From positions 133,055-197,054 of the forward strand of contig CAVPRW010000009.1 of the NCBI GenBank assembly GCA_963707985.1: a stretch of DNA of 64,000 nt, given 5' to 3'. The DNA comes from an uncultured Nitrospinota bacterium. GTDB lineage: Bacteria; Tectomicrobia; Entotheonellia; J063; CAVPRW01. Positions 50,844 to 61,219 of this stretch are shown here, one piece after another; the first letter of the stretch is position 1; each line of letters opens with the position of its first letter. Below the pieces are notes generated by a model. The model was not told the origin of the DNA. It did not search any database and worked only from the letters and a program-made list of their open reading frames with translations. Position numbers and translations under genes: made by a program.

Positions 50844-51343
50844 GCGAGTTCGACGGTATTGAAGGATTTACCGGCTGGAATGCCAAGCTCAATGAACTCT
50901 TGCACGACGCCATGGAGGCCGCCCAGCAGGAAGCACTGCCTTCGCGACTCGCCATCGTCAATCGCCTGACCACGTTCATGGCGGAGTCGCGCCCCAACAC
51001 CCCTGACATTCTCGCCCTCGACCAAATTGCCACGGACACAGCAAACGCACTACTGCGGACCACCATCGAGGAACGTCTGGCCTCCATCGCGGAGCGCCAG
51101 GCTATCTTGATTCAGTTCACCAAAAAGCTGCAGACCTCGACCGAGGCCGCTCGGGAATCCGCCGCCTCGATCCGCTTCGAGCGCATCACAAAGGTGGTCA
51201 ACGTGTTGACTACCGCAGTAGGCGAACTCCAGAACTTGAAGACCGTGCTTGATGATGGGTCTAATGCACAGCTCGTCGCGTCGATCGAGAGGCTTGTCAC
51301 TGCCATCCAACGGGTGCGTGGAGAGGTAGAGCACACGATCTGA
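50840..51343 (+). CDS. Coiled-coil hypothetical protein translationally coupled to the lipoprotein
   Basis: ATGA overlap; 167 aa, helical. Confidence 0.7.
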   Translation: MSEFDGIEGFTGWNAKLNELLHDAMEAAQQEALPSRLAIVNRLTTFMAESRPNTPDILALDQIATDTANALLRTTIEERLASIAERQAILIQFTKKLQTSTEAARESAASIRFERITKVVNVLTTAVGELQNLKTVLDDGSNAQLVASIERLVTAIQRVRGEVEHTI

Positions 51344-51616
51344 ATGGTTCTGGGCGAGGAAGTCCATAGACCTTGATCGCTACCCGGTGTGCGAGGCCTC
51401 GGCAGTGATCGCGGTGCCGTGCGTCGACGATCCGCAGGCGAGCTCTATGCTGCGTCCCCGACTGCAACGAACCGAGCCAGGTGTGGCGGGTGAAAGCGGA
51501 CGCGCTCACGAGTGGAGGGGCGATCACAGGGGTCGAGTTTGTGCAGGGTGGTGAGCTGCCCCCGAGTGCCGAGGGCCTGCTGATTCAGTCCGCCGCGAAG
51601 CGCGATCGTGCTCGTC
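51344..51616 (+). repeat. Internally deleted second copy of the DUF3616-like gene
   Basis: Close match to 45421-45525 joined directly to 46194-46365. Confidence 0.88.
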
Positions 51617-51791
51617 TTGCCGGCCGTCAGCCTCGTCGTGTGTCGTTCGCCCGAAGTCCTTCGGCACCTGGGTTTCAAGGTGGTCCAGATCCAGGAGAGC
51701 TGCTATCAGAGCAACGGGCGCACGCCTGTCGATGCGGACGGCCAAGTCCTCTGCCAAAACTGTCCTATTGCTCCTCAGACCCCGTCTTCGC

Positions 51792-52214
51792 TCACCTCTC
51801 GAAGGAGTCATCCGTCAGTTCCACCACCCGTTCGATCGTCGGGAGGTCAGGTCGGAACACGAGCCGCCAGGCCTCCATACCGTTCTGCCTGGCCGCACCG
51901 CCGGCCCAGCCACCCGCGCTGTCGATGACCTGATAAATCTCCTCGGGCGTCGCCCCGGCCTTGTGGGCGGAGTGGACGTGAATTTGGATATGATGCGGCG
52001 GGTTCCGCATGGCCACATAGGCGGCTATTCTGATCAACTCTTCGGTCTTGCGGTCGAGGAGGGATTGCTGACGATGGTCGGCCTCCCACCGGTCGTTGCG
52101 CTTCTTGAGGGCCTCCAGGTCGACCTCGGCCAGGAAGTCATGGAAGCCCACACGGAAGCCGCTGATTCTGGTGACCCTTGCCTTCTCCGCTTGCTTTTCG
52201 CTCTCTGTAGGCAT
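51792..52214 (-). CDS. Carboxymuconolactone decarboxylase/AhpD family protein
   Basis: LDRKTEELIRIA...IHVHSAHKAGATPEEI. Confidence 0.85.
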   Translation of the reverse strand: MPTESEKQAEKARVTRISGFRVGFHDFLAEVDLEALKKRNDRWEADHRQQSLLDRKTEELIRIAAYVAMRNPPHHIQIHVHSAHKAGATPEEIYQVIDSAGGWAGGAARQNGMEAWRLVFRPDLPTIERVVELTDDSFER

Positions 52215-52673
52215 CACTATACCTCCCTGCTCTCTTGACGGGCAGTCATCGCCCTTCTGCGGCACGATTACACTAAAGGCGGGATCGATCAGGATCATCA
52301 TCCGCTTTTCAAGGCACCTCTGTCAATATGGCTTCCCCGGTGAACACGCCAAATGTTGTACGGTCGCGTGTCCGAGCGCCATCGATGAGACCATCAGACT
52401 CATGTAGCACCAACCTCACGAGTCGATACGACATGGTTTTTGAGACGGCAAGAGGAGAGTTTTTGACTGAGATGTTGGCGTGAGTGTCGGCTCCTGGGTT
52501 CCCGAGACCCCAACGTTGGTAGCCGGATCTGCCGTGAGAGGAAGCTCCCTTGGCGGCGTGACCCTCAGGTTGTCGATGGTTTCGAAACTGCCATTGACAG
52601 CGCTCGTCTGCGCGACTACACTCGGCCCTTTCAGGCATGGGACGCGAGCGAAAGGATATACCACAGGAGGTGA

Positions 52674-53267
52674 GTGATGGCCGACATCCACCTGGACAAA
52701 GGCAAGACGATGCTGCTGATGGCGGATTTTAGCACCAGTGGCATCGGGCAGAATCCCCTCGCCAAAGAAAGGCAGACACTGGAACGGGCCAAGGAAGTGC
52801 TGGACGCCGCCAGGAAGGCGGGGGTCTTCGTCGGCTACTGTATCTCGCACTTCCGCCCGGGCTTTCCTGAGGTGTCGGACCGCAACACGACGCGCGCCGC
52901 CAGGAGGGACTCGGGCGAAGTGCTCCCGGCTGACCCAGCGGAACTGATCCACCCGGCAGTGCAGCCCCAGGCGGGGGAGCCGGTCATCGCCAAGCACCGC
53001 ACCAGCGCCTTCTCAGGGAGTGCCTTTGAGATGATCTTGCGGGCGCACAACATCGAGACCCTGATCCTGATGGGCCATGCCACCAGCGGCGTGATCCTGT
53101 CGACGGTGCGCCTAGCCGCCGACCTCGACTACCATCTCCTCGTGGTGGAAGACGGGTGCGCCGACCGGGACCCGGAAGTTCACCGGCTGTTGATGGAGAA
53201 GGTATTTCCCCGGCAGGGCATCGTGGTCAGTTCGAAAGACATGGTGGAGGCACTGGCTGCTGTGTAG
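52674..53267 (+). CDS. Isochorismatase/cysteine hydrolase family protein
   Basis: LLMADF, KHRTSAFSGS, GHATSGVILSTVR, EDGCAD. Confidence 0.9.
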   Translation: MMADIHLDKGKTMLLMADFSTSGIGQNPLAKERQTLERAKEVLDAARKAGVFVGYCISHFRPGFPEVSDRNTTRAARRDSGEVLPADPAELIHPAVQPQAGEPVIAKHRTSAFSGSAFEMILRAHNIETLILMGHATSGVILSTVRLAADLDYHLLVVEDGCADRDPEVHRLLMEKVFPRQGIVVSSKDMVEALAAV

Positions 53268-53292
53268 GGTGTGTTCATGTGGGGCATGAGTA

Positions 53293-54117
53293 TCAGTCGC
53301 GGGGGCGGATGGCTTTACGCCCCCGCTTGTGGTCGCCGCTCTGACGTCTTGACGGCTTCTCACCCAGCTCCACTGCCACCGGGCAATGATCTGATCCGTA
53401 CACTTCTGACAGAATCGTTGCGGCGCGCAAACGGGGCAGGAGGGCTGCGGAGATCAGGATGTAATCGATCCGCCAACCGATGTTGCGTGCCCGTGCCCCC
53501 CCGAACTGACGCCACCAGGTGTAATGCTGTGTGGCACCAGGATGCAGGTACCGAAAGGCATCGATGAATCCCGCCTCCATAAAGCTCTGGAAGCCGGTCC
53601 GTTCTTCTGGTGTAAAGCCGTGGTGGCCCTCGTTATCCTTCGGGCGGGCCAGATCGATGGCCGTATGCGCGACGTTGAAATCGCCACAGCACACCACCGG
53701 TTTCTGCTGCTCCAGGGTCTGTAAATAGGCCAGGAAACAGCCATCCCAATCCTGGCGATCGGCCAGGCGACTCAAGTCCCGTTTGGCGTTCGGCACATAG
53801 ACCGAGACCACAAAGAGGTCCTCAAACTCGGCGGCGATCACTCGCCCTTCGCCGTCGTGACAGGCCACCCCTGTATCCATCCGGATGCTCAGGGGCATGG
53901 TTTTCGAGATCACCGCCGTGCCGGCATAGCCTTTCCGCGTCGCGCCGTTCCAATAATGATAGGGGTGTGAGGGCAGGTCGAGATGCACTTGTTCCGGTTG
54001 CGCCTTGGTTTCCTGGAGACAGAGGACATCCGCCCCAGAAGTGACCAGCAATGGGGCGAGCAGATTGCGCTGCAGGAGAGCACGAATACCATTGACATTC
54101 CAGGAGACGATGTGCAT
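53293..54117 (-). CDS. xth: Exodeoxyribonuclease III
   Basis: SWNVNGIRA, CLQETK, YVPN, GDFNVAH, GWRIDY, SDHCPV. Confidence 0.95.
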   Translation of the reverse strand: MHIVSWNVNGIRALLQRNLLAPLLVTSGADVLCLQETKAQPEQVHLDLPSHPYHYWNGATRKGYAGTAVISKTMPLSIRMDTGVACHDGEGRVIAAEFEDLFVVSVYVPNAKRDLSRLADRQDWDGCFLAYLQTLEQQKPVVCCGDFNVAHTAIDLARPKDNEGHHGFTPEERTGFQSFMEAGFIDAFRYLHPGATQHYTWWRQFGGARARNIGWRIDYILISAALLPRLRAATILSEVYGSDHCPVAVELGEKPSRRQSGDHKRGRKAIRPRD

Positions 54118-54452
54118 GGGGAGCTCCTCAACGTCGATGTGGCAATGTCTCAACCGGGCCAGGCGCCTGTCGCTGAGGCCGTGCATAGCATCGTACACAT
54201 GGTGCCGCACGGCGTCAAACTCTCCTTGCTGGAAGACGTGCTTGCCTGTCGCCTGCAGGGTAGCGTAGTATCTTATCTATGCTTTGAGGCACAAGTCACA
54301 CTGCTCACGGCAGCGACCATGGCAGGATAGATGCGTGGGGGCCTGCCTCGATGCCTCTTGATGTGGGCACGGATGGCGGTACCATGGCGGAGTATACGGC
54401 ATAGATCCGAGGGTCGCTGGCGATCGGCGACTGATCGAGAAAGGAGGGCTGC

Positions 54453-55496
54453 ATGGATTGCGGGCTCTTTATCGAATTCCCCTGTCGTGATGAGATGACC
54501 GAGGCTGAGGCCTTCGCCCAGTGCTTGAGTCTGGTGGATGAAGCCGAAGCGCGCGGCGTCGACTCACTATGGCTGGCCGAGTACCATTTTTCCGCGATCA
54601 GTGTCCTCTCCTCCCCGATTACCGTCGCCAGCGCCATTGCCGCGCGTACCCAGCGCATTCGCATCGGCCTGGCGGTGGTCCTACTCCCTTTGGGCCATCC
54701 GATCCGCTTCGCCGAGGATATCGCCACCCTGGACCACATCAGCCAGGGGCGGGTGGAGTTCGGCGTCGGGCGTGGCACCTTTCCGGACACGCACGACGGT
54801 TTCAACTCGCCCTATGCCGAGAGCCGTGAGCGCTTCGACGAGTATCTCGAGGTCATCCTGAAGTCCTGGACCACGGAGCGTTTTTCGTTCACCGGCAAGT
54901 ACTACCAGTGCGACAATCTCTATGTCAGGCCGAAACCAGTCCAAAAACCGCATCCACCCATCCGCATCGGCATTACCTCGGAAGTCACTTTTCCTCATGT
55001 CGGGCGAATGGGGTATCCCATCATCATCAATCCCTCTCGGGTGTTTTCCCTGGCCGAGCTGGGACCGTATATCCAGCAATACCGCCAGGCCTGGAAGGAG
55101 GCTGGCCATGCGGGGACGCCTCAGGTAGGGCTGCGGGTGCCCCTGTACGTCGCCGAGACGGCCGAGCGTGCCTACGACGAACCGCAGGCCAGCACCATGG
55201 GCGCCGTGCAGGGGTTGGGCACTCGCGTGGCGGACAGTGCCCCCCGGGCCGGCACCACTGGCGATTGGAGCGCCCAGGCCGACCGTCTGCGCCACATGGG
55301 CTATGATGACTGGCTGCGAGATAAGGTGGTGTATGGTACGCCGGAGGCCGTCGTGGACCGGCTCCAACAGCTGCGCGAGGAGTTGGACTTGACGCAGTTG
55401 CTGTATGAGATCAACTATGGACGCCAGATTCCCTTCGAGCGGCAACTGAAGAACCTCCGGATGATCACTGAGCACGTCATTCCGCAGCTCACCTGA
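54453..55496 (+). CDS. Luciferase-like (LLM class) flavin monooxygenase
   Basis: WLAEYHF, HPIRFAEDIATLD, GRVEFGVGRG, PKPVQKPHPPI. Confidence 0.93.
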   Translation: MDCGLFIEFPCRDEMTEAEAFAQCLSLVDEAEARGVDSLWLAEYHFSAISVLSSPITVASAIAARTQRIRIGLAVVLLPLGHPIRFAEDIATLDHISQGRVEFGVGRGTFPDTHDGFNSPYAESRERFDEYLEVILKSWTTERFSFTGKYYQCDNLYVRPKPVQKPHPPIRIGITSEVTFPHVGRMGYPIIINPSRVFSLAELGPYIQQYRQAWKEAGHAGTPQVGLRVPLYVAETAERAYDEPQASTMGAVQGLGTRVADSAPRAGTTGDWSAQADRLRHMGYDDWLRDKVVYGTPEAVVDRLQQLREELDLTQLLYEINYGRQIPFERQLKNLRMITEHVIPQLT

Positions 55497-55538
55497 GTCC
55501 ACGTGATCGCATCCGGCGGTTTCCACAGGAGGAGCATC

Positions 55539-56294
55539 ATGGCACGACTGGCAGGCAAAGTGGCGTTGATCAGTGGCGGCGCCAGAGGACAAGGGGCCGT
55601 CGAAGCCAGACTATTCGTACAGGAAGGCGCCAAGGTGGTGTTTGGCGACATTCTGGATGATGACGGCAAACACGTCGAGGAAGAGATCCGTCTGCAGGGC
55701 GGCAAAGCCATCTATGTGCATCTGGATGTGACACAGGCGCAGGATTGGCAGCGCGCGGTGCAGACCGCCGAGTCGCGCTACGGCAGGCTGGATATCCTGG
55801 TCAACAATGCCGGGATCACCATCCATGGGACGATCGAAGAGACCAGCGAAGCCGACTGGGACCGCATCATGGCGATTAACTTGAAAGGCGTCTTCCTGGG
55901 CACCAAATATGCGCTCCCGGCCATGCGACGGGCCGGCGGCGGCTCGATCATCAATATCTCATCCGGTGCCGGCATCGCGCCTGCCCCCGGCACCTCAGCG
56001 GCCTATGCCGCCACCAAGGGCGGTGTGCGTATCTTCAGTAAAGCCACGGCAGTACAGCATGCCAAAGATCACATTCGCTGTAATTCCGTGCATCCCGGCC
56101 CGGTCGATACGCCCATGGTGCGCGGGCCGCAGACGGATCCGGCAAGACTGACGGAGCTTACCGGGCGGGTGCCGCTGGGGCGCCTCGGCACCTCGGAAGA
56201 GATCGCTTATGGCGTGCTCTATCTGGCATCCGACGAATCGTCCTATGTCACTGGATCCGAACTGGTGATCGATGGCGGCAGAACGGCACAGTGA
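55539..56294 (+). CDS. Short-chain dehydrogenase/reductase (3-alpha,20-beta-HSD-like)
   Basis: SGGARGQG, NNAG, YAATK, IDGG. Confidence 0.95.
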   Translation: MARLAGKVALISGGARGQGAVEARLFVQEGAKVVFGDILDDDGKHVEEEIRLQGGKAIYVHLDVTQAQDWQRAVQTAESRYGRLDILVNNAGITIHGTIEETSEADWDRIMAINLKGVFLGTKYALPAMRRAGGGSIINISSGAGIAPAPGTSAAYAATKGGVRIFSKATAVQHAKDHIRCNSVHPGPVDTPMVRGPQTDPARLTELTGRVPLGRLGTSEEIAYGVLYLASDESSYVTGSELVIDGGRTAQ

Positions 56295-56481
56295 CTTGCA
56301 CATTTGTCAGCCAGGTGATTCCTCCCCGTGTCACCTCGACGCTGTCTCTGTGGTCCCGTGAATAGGTGAGCAACCAGGGTGTGGCATCTCTGCTAACCTG
56401 GAGGAGAGTTGTCCACGCTAGCACACTCTGATACAGTAGCGGCAGCGCGTGCCAGGACAGCGACATGACAAGGAGACACCC

Positions 56482-57381
56482 ATGCTTTCCAACTTGACCG
56501 TACGCACGCCGACGCTCGAGATTGGCTATGAAGCTTATGGGGACGCCGCAGGCTTCCCAATTATCTTGCTGCATGGCTTCCCGGACGACGCGTGGGCCTG
56601 GGACGCCGTTGCCCCTCCGCTGGCGGGGGCTGGATACCGGGTGCTGGTGCCGTATCTGCGCGGCTACGGGCCGACACACTTCCTCGATCCCGCGGCACCG
56701 CGGATGGCGCAGCAGGCAGCGATTGCCCAGGACCTCATCGACTTCATGGAGGCGCTGGGACTCGCACGCGTGGGCTTGGCTGGCTACGACTGGGGAGGCC
56801 GTGCCGCTTGCATCACCGCCATTTTGGCCCCCGAGCGCGTGCAGGCCCTGGTGACCATCGGCGGGTATAACGTACAGAACACGCTGGCAGCGCCGCGCAC
56901 CGTCGCAGCCGATGAAGGGCGTGTGCTCTGGTACCAATGGTACTTCAATACCGAGCGGGGGCGGCTCGGCCTCGACCAGCATCGTCGAGCCATCTGCCGA
57001 CTCCTCTGGCAGGAATGGTCGCCGACCTGGCGCTTCGACGACGCCACCTTCGAGCGCACGGCCTTGTCCTTTGATAATCCCGATTTCGTGCCGGTGGTGA
57101 TCCATTCCTACCGCCACCGCCATGGCAATGCCCCCAGCGACCCGCGCTTCGAGCAGGTCGAGCGTTACCTCGCCACGCGACCGCCAATCACGGTCCCGAC
57201 CATCGTGTTACACGGGGCGGCGGACGGGGTGTCTCGTCCCCAGCGCTCTGAAGCGGATATGGCGCTGTTTCCCGCCGGAACCGCTCGCCACGTCGTGGCC
57301 GGGGCCGGCCACTTCATGCCACGTGAGCAGCCCGACGCGGTCACGGAGGCGCTGCTGACCCTGCTGTCGGGCAGGCAATAA
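56482..57381 (+). CDS. Alpha/beta hydrolase (epoxide hydrolase-like)
   Basis: HGFPD, LRGYG, GYDWGG, GHF. Confidence 0.93.
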   Translation: MLSNLTVRTPTLEIGYEAYGDAAGFPIILLHGFPDDAWAWDAVAPPLAGAGYRVLVPYLRGYGPTHFLDPAAPRMAQQAAIAQDLIDFMEALGLARVGLAGYDWGGRAACITAILAPERVQALVTIGGYNVQNTLAAPRTVAADEGRVLWYQWYFNTERGRLGLDQHRRAICRLLWQEWSPTWRFDDATFERTALSFDNPDFVPVVIHSYRHRHGNAPSDPRFEQVERYLATRPPITVPTIVLHGAADGVSRPQRSEADMALFPAGTARHVVAGAGHFMPREQPDAVTEALLTLLSGRQ

Positions 57382-57448
57382 CGCTGGCGCCCATGGCCGT
57401 GTCGTCAATTTTATGTGTTGTTCCCAATCATACTGGAAGAGAAGACCT

Positions 57449-58618
57449 ATGCCTGGAACCACAACCGCATCACTGCTTGATGTCGCACGCTCGATAGTGC
57501 CCCAGATTCAATCGTACGCCACGGTGATCGAGACCGAGCGTGAGCTCCCACGGCCGCTCTTCGAGGCCCTGGCGGACGCCGGCATGTTCCATATGGCGCT
57601 GCCGCGATCCCTGGGCTGTGCCGAGATCGATCTCCCTACTTATATTCAAGTGATCGAGGAGCTTGGCAAAGCGGATGCCAGCACCGCCTGGGTGATCAAC
57701 CAGGGGGGCGTCTTTGCGACCTATGCCTCCCGGATGCCGCACGAGATGGCGCGGGCGATCTGGATCGACACGCCGCGCAGCGTGGTGGCCAACACCCCGG
57801 CCCCCACGGCGCAGGCGGTCGTCGTGCCGGGTGGGTACCGGGTCACGGGTCGGCAAGGCTTTAGCACGGGCTGCCGGCATGCTTCCTGGTTGGCATCACA
57901 CGCCCAGATCATCGACAATGGTCACCCTAGACGATTGGACAACGGCGAGCCCGAGACCCGTTACCTATTCGTGCCGGTCGCCGATGCCGAGCGGCTGGAC
58001 ACCTGGCACGTGCGGGGCATGCGCGGCACGGGGACGCACCACTTCGCGGTACATGACGTCTTCGTGCCGGAGGACCGCAGCGCGCTGGCGGCCGGGGCGC
58101 CACTGATCGAGAGCGGCCCACTGTATCAGATTCCGCGCACGTTAGTGTTCGCCTCGGGCGATGCCTCAGTGGCGCTGGGGCTGGCTCGCTCGGCCCTGAC
58201 GACATTTACTGAGCTGGCAGGGGCCAAGAGCCCGAGGGCCATGCGCGGGCTGCTGCGCGATCAGCCCATGGTCCAGGCCGACATCGGCCACGCCGAAGCC
58301 AACATCCGATCTGGCCGGGCCTTCCTGACCGAAGCCGTGTGCGACCTCTGGGCCAGCGTCAGCACCACCGGCACGATGAGCCTGGACCAGCGGGCGGCAT
58401 TGCGCATCGCCGCCACACACACCATCTGGCTGGCGGTGCAGGTCGTCGACACCCTGTACAACGCCGCCGGGGCCACTTCGATCTACGAGGATCATCCGCT
58501 GCAGCGTGCCTTCCAGGACATTCACGTGATCAGCCAGCACATGCAGGCGCGCCGTGCTCACTACGAGCTGGTCGGCCGCTACTGGCTGGGATTGGGCAAT
58601 GAGGACGCACGCTTCTAG
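57449..58618 (+). CDS. Acyl-CoA dehydrogenase-fold flavin-dependent hydroxylase (HsaA-like)
   Basis: ADASTAW, FSTGC, TWHVRGMRGTGT, LQRAFQDIH. Confidence 0.9.
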   Translation: MPGTTTASLLDVARSIVPQIQSYATVIETERELPRPLFEALADAGMFHMALPRSLGCAEIDLPTYIQVIEELGKADASTAWVINQGGVFATYASRMPHEMARAIWIDTPRSVVANTPAPTAQAVVVPGGYRVTGRQGFSTGCRHASWLASHAQIIDNGHPRRLDNGEPETRYLFVPVADAERLDTWHVRGMRGTGTHHFAVHDVFVPEDRSALAAGAPLIESGPLYQIPRTLVFASGDASVALGLARSALTTFTELAGAKSPRAMRGLLRDQPMVQADIGHAEANIRSGRAFLTEAVCDLWASVSTTGTMSLDQRAALRIAATHTIWLAVQVVDTLYNAAGATSIYEDHPLQRAFQDIHVISQHMQARRAHYELVGRYWLGLGNEDARF

Positions 58619-58753
58619 ACGTCGGAGAACCCCGCGCGAGATGGCTGGGGACCGCGTGGGTCTCGAGGAATTGGCGTAGGGTCAAAAAAACCAACGCATT
58701 TCCTTCATGGCCAGTACGTCTTGCCTTTAGGAGGTCCATACTCTAAAGAGACC

Positions 58754-59284
58754 TCACGGGTGGGGACGCTGTGTCGCTTCTCGGCGGGCTTGCTCCAAAG
58801 CACGGTCGCACAGTTGACCGCTGATCCAGAGGTCGGGACGAGTATTCACTTCCTGAATGAGTAGTTCAAAGGCCTGTAGGGACAAATAGCCCTGGCGCCA
58901 GGCTTCGAGCAATAGCCCGACAGTGCCCTTCAGGGGGAGTCCGACCTGACGGGCCGCCTTCCGTGCATGCTCATCGTCGACGAGCACCCAGTCCGCCGCT
59001 TGCTGCTGACCAAGCACGATAACCTCAATCTCGCCCGCATCAAGCGATTGCGCCCAGGTGGGCAGAGTCGGGGGCAAGACCACCTCAACCACGCGGATAT
59101 GACCTTGTCGTACGAGGAAATCAACGGCTAGAGCATCGTCCGCTCCAAGACGCAAGCCGTTGATGACCACCTCGTGATAGACCTCGCGGGGAATGAGGAT
59201 CTCGCCATAGAGGGTGAGCAACAGACTCAGTTGGCCCAGCTTGCCCAGCGCAATTAAGGGGCCAGCGTTGCTCACCACGTTCAC
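58754..59284 (-). CDS. DUF3368-family PIN-domain toxin
   Basis: VSNAGPLIAL, LDAGEIE, LVDDEHARK, GTVGLL. Confidence 0.9.
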   Translation of the reverse strand: MNVVSNAGPLIALGKLGQLSLLLTLYGEILIPREVYHEVVINGLRLGADDALAVDFLVRQGHIRVVEVVLPPTLPTWAQSLDAGEIEVIVLGQQQAADWVLVDDEHARKAARQVGLPLKGTVGLLLEAWRQGYLSLQAFELLIQEVNTRPDLWISGQLCDRALEQARREATQRPHP

Positions 59285-59544
59285 GCCAACTCCTCGCGGA
59301 TCGTCTCTTCCTCAACGTGCGCCCGTAGACCTTGGGCCACGGCGTACTGCGTCATTTCCCGCAGCGAGACACCTGCCAGACGGGCGGCTTTCCACAGCGA
59401 GAGGTGGCCTTGCTTATACAGTGTAAGGCCCTGCGCTTTTTTGACTTCTTGCAAGCCAATCCGGAGGAACTCAGCGAGGCTCTCGCGATAGGGCTCAAGC
59501 TGTGCCGAGAGGTCGTCAGGAATGGTGATCGTCACGGTAGCCAT
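59281..59544 (-). CDS. UPF0175-family antitoxin
   Basis: LYKQGHLSLWKAARLAGVS; GTGA overlap with the PIN gene. Confidence 0.88.
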   Translation of the reverse strand: MATVTITIPDDLSAQLEPYRESLAEFLRIGLQEVKKAQGLTLYKQGHLSLWKAARLAGVSLREMTQYAVAQGLRAHVEEETIREELA

Positions 59545-59865
59545 CGGTCGGTCTCCTTACGGTGCATAGCCGTCTCACACGCTGTGGGGGGCCATCTTCG
59601 GGCGGTGTTGACGTATTCTCTCCCCATGGCAACCACGCCACAGCCCAAGAATATCAAGGCTCTCCTCGACAAAGCAAGAGTGACGAACGGGAATCGAAGG
59701 CGTACTGGCATTATGAACTAGGTCGTCCGGCAAATTTCTTTTTGACACAAGTCAACTTGCCATGATACATGGCAAGCATGCAAGGTCCTTCTGAGGGACC
59801 AGGGCAAATCCCAGACTCTTGCGCATACGAGGCGAAGTGCCTGCCTGCAGCAGGGTTGACCGACG

Positions 59866-61002
59866 ATGAGTGGTTTTCGAGAGATCCTGGTGGCGGTTGC
59901 GGGTCTCACGCCACAAGTTATTACCGAAACGCTGTACTATCTCACCCAGGAGTGCGACCCGTCGGTTGTTCTCACTGAGATCCACGTCTTGACCACGCAG
60001 CCTGGCCGGCAGCGGGTTCTCACCGAGCTCCTTACCCCGAATGTTGGTCGCTTTTATGCCTTCTGTCGTGAGTACGACCTCGATCCCAGCACCATTGCCT
60101 TCGACCCCCAGCACATCCATGTGTTGACTGATAGGGCCGGCGAACCCTTAGACGACATTCGCTCTGCTGCCGATAGTGCCGCGGTGGCCGACCAGATTGT
60201 AGCGCTTATCCGCCGACTGACGGATGATCCAACCACCCGACTGCACTGCTCGCTGGCCGGTGGGCGCAAGACGCAATCGGCCTTGTTAGGGTTTGCGCTG
60301 CAACTGTATGGCCGGCCACAGGACAGTCTATTACATGTGCTGGTCGACGAAGCGTTCGAGGGGCATGCCGATTTTTTCTATCCGTCCCGACAGCCGCGAC
60401 TCATCCAGACTCGGGACGGGAGCCAACTCGATGCACGCGCCGCAGGTGTGAGTGTCGCAAAGATCCCGTATGTGCGGCTGCGTGACACGCTTTCCACAAG
60501 CTTGGCGCAGCTGACATCAGGCTTTGCCCCGACGATTGATCGCCTACAACACACGTTAGATACGCTCCCAAACTTACCACCACTCGTTATCGATCCCGCT
60601 GCCAGGAAGGTCTGCATTGGTGTAACCCAGATCGCAATGGAACCCGTGGAAATCGTGCTGTATACCCAGTTGGCACTCGCCAAGATCCAGCAGGTGGGCC
60701 GGGGAGATGGTTTTTTGAGCCTGAAAGAGCTGAATGGTAAGCGGCAGGAGATGCTGCTCCGCTATGAGCGACTGTATGGCGCCTATTCAGGGCATGTCGA
60801 AAATCTGCGTCAAGCCTGGGAAAAGAGCATCCGTCCAGCGAGGCTCCGCTCCCACTTCTCCAAAATCACTCGAAAGATTCGACAGGCTGTGCCGGGCAAT
60901 ATCGAGGTCTCTTTTTATGAGGTGACGAGCAAGCGTCGCTATGGAGCCACACGCTATGGGTTGCGTCTACTCCCAGAGCGAATCGAGGTGCACGAAACAT
61001 AG
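59866..61002 (+). CDS. CARF-domain protein of the NE0113/TIGR02584 type (CRISPR-associated ring nuclease-like) with a C-terminal winged-helix-like domain
   Basis: VAGLTPQVITETLYYL, LDDIRS, HCSLAGGRKTQ, GRPQDSLLHVLV, FFYP. Confidence 0.85.
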   Translation: MSGFREILVAVAGLTPQVITETLYYLTQECDPSVVLTEIHVLTTQPGRQRVLTELLTPNVGRFYAFCREYDLDPSTIAFDPQHIHVLTDRAGEPLDDIRSAADSAAVADQIVALIRRLTDDPTTRLHCSLAGGRKTQSALLGFALQLYGRPQDSLLHVLVDEAFEGHADFFYPSRQPRLIQTRDGSQLDARAAGVSVAKIPYVRLRDTLSTSLAQLTSGFAPTIDRLQHTLDTLPNLPPLVIDPAARKVCIGVTQIAMEPVEIVLYTQLALAKIQQVGRGDGFLSLKELNGKRQEMLLRYERLYGAYSGHVENLRQAWEKSIRPARLRSHFSKITRKIRQAVPGNIEVSFYEVTSKRRYGATRYGLRLLPERIEVHET

Positions 61003-61219
61003 CGATTCGTGAGTGCAAAGGGCAACAAAAACATTGTGGAAATGTTGGGATACGAGCATCCTAGACATAGTAGCCATATATTACCCCAGACATCCCAAAG
61101 CAGCGACAGCGTTCGGCGTTTCCCGGTAGCACTTATGTTTGCTTACACGCCTTAGCTCTGGATAAGTCATGGGGCGCTTGACGGAGACGCTTCTACTGTC
61201 TCCCCTCTCCCTCCGGGAG

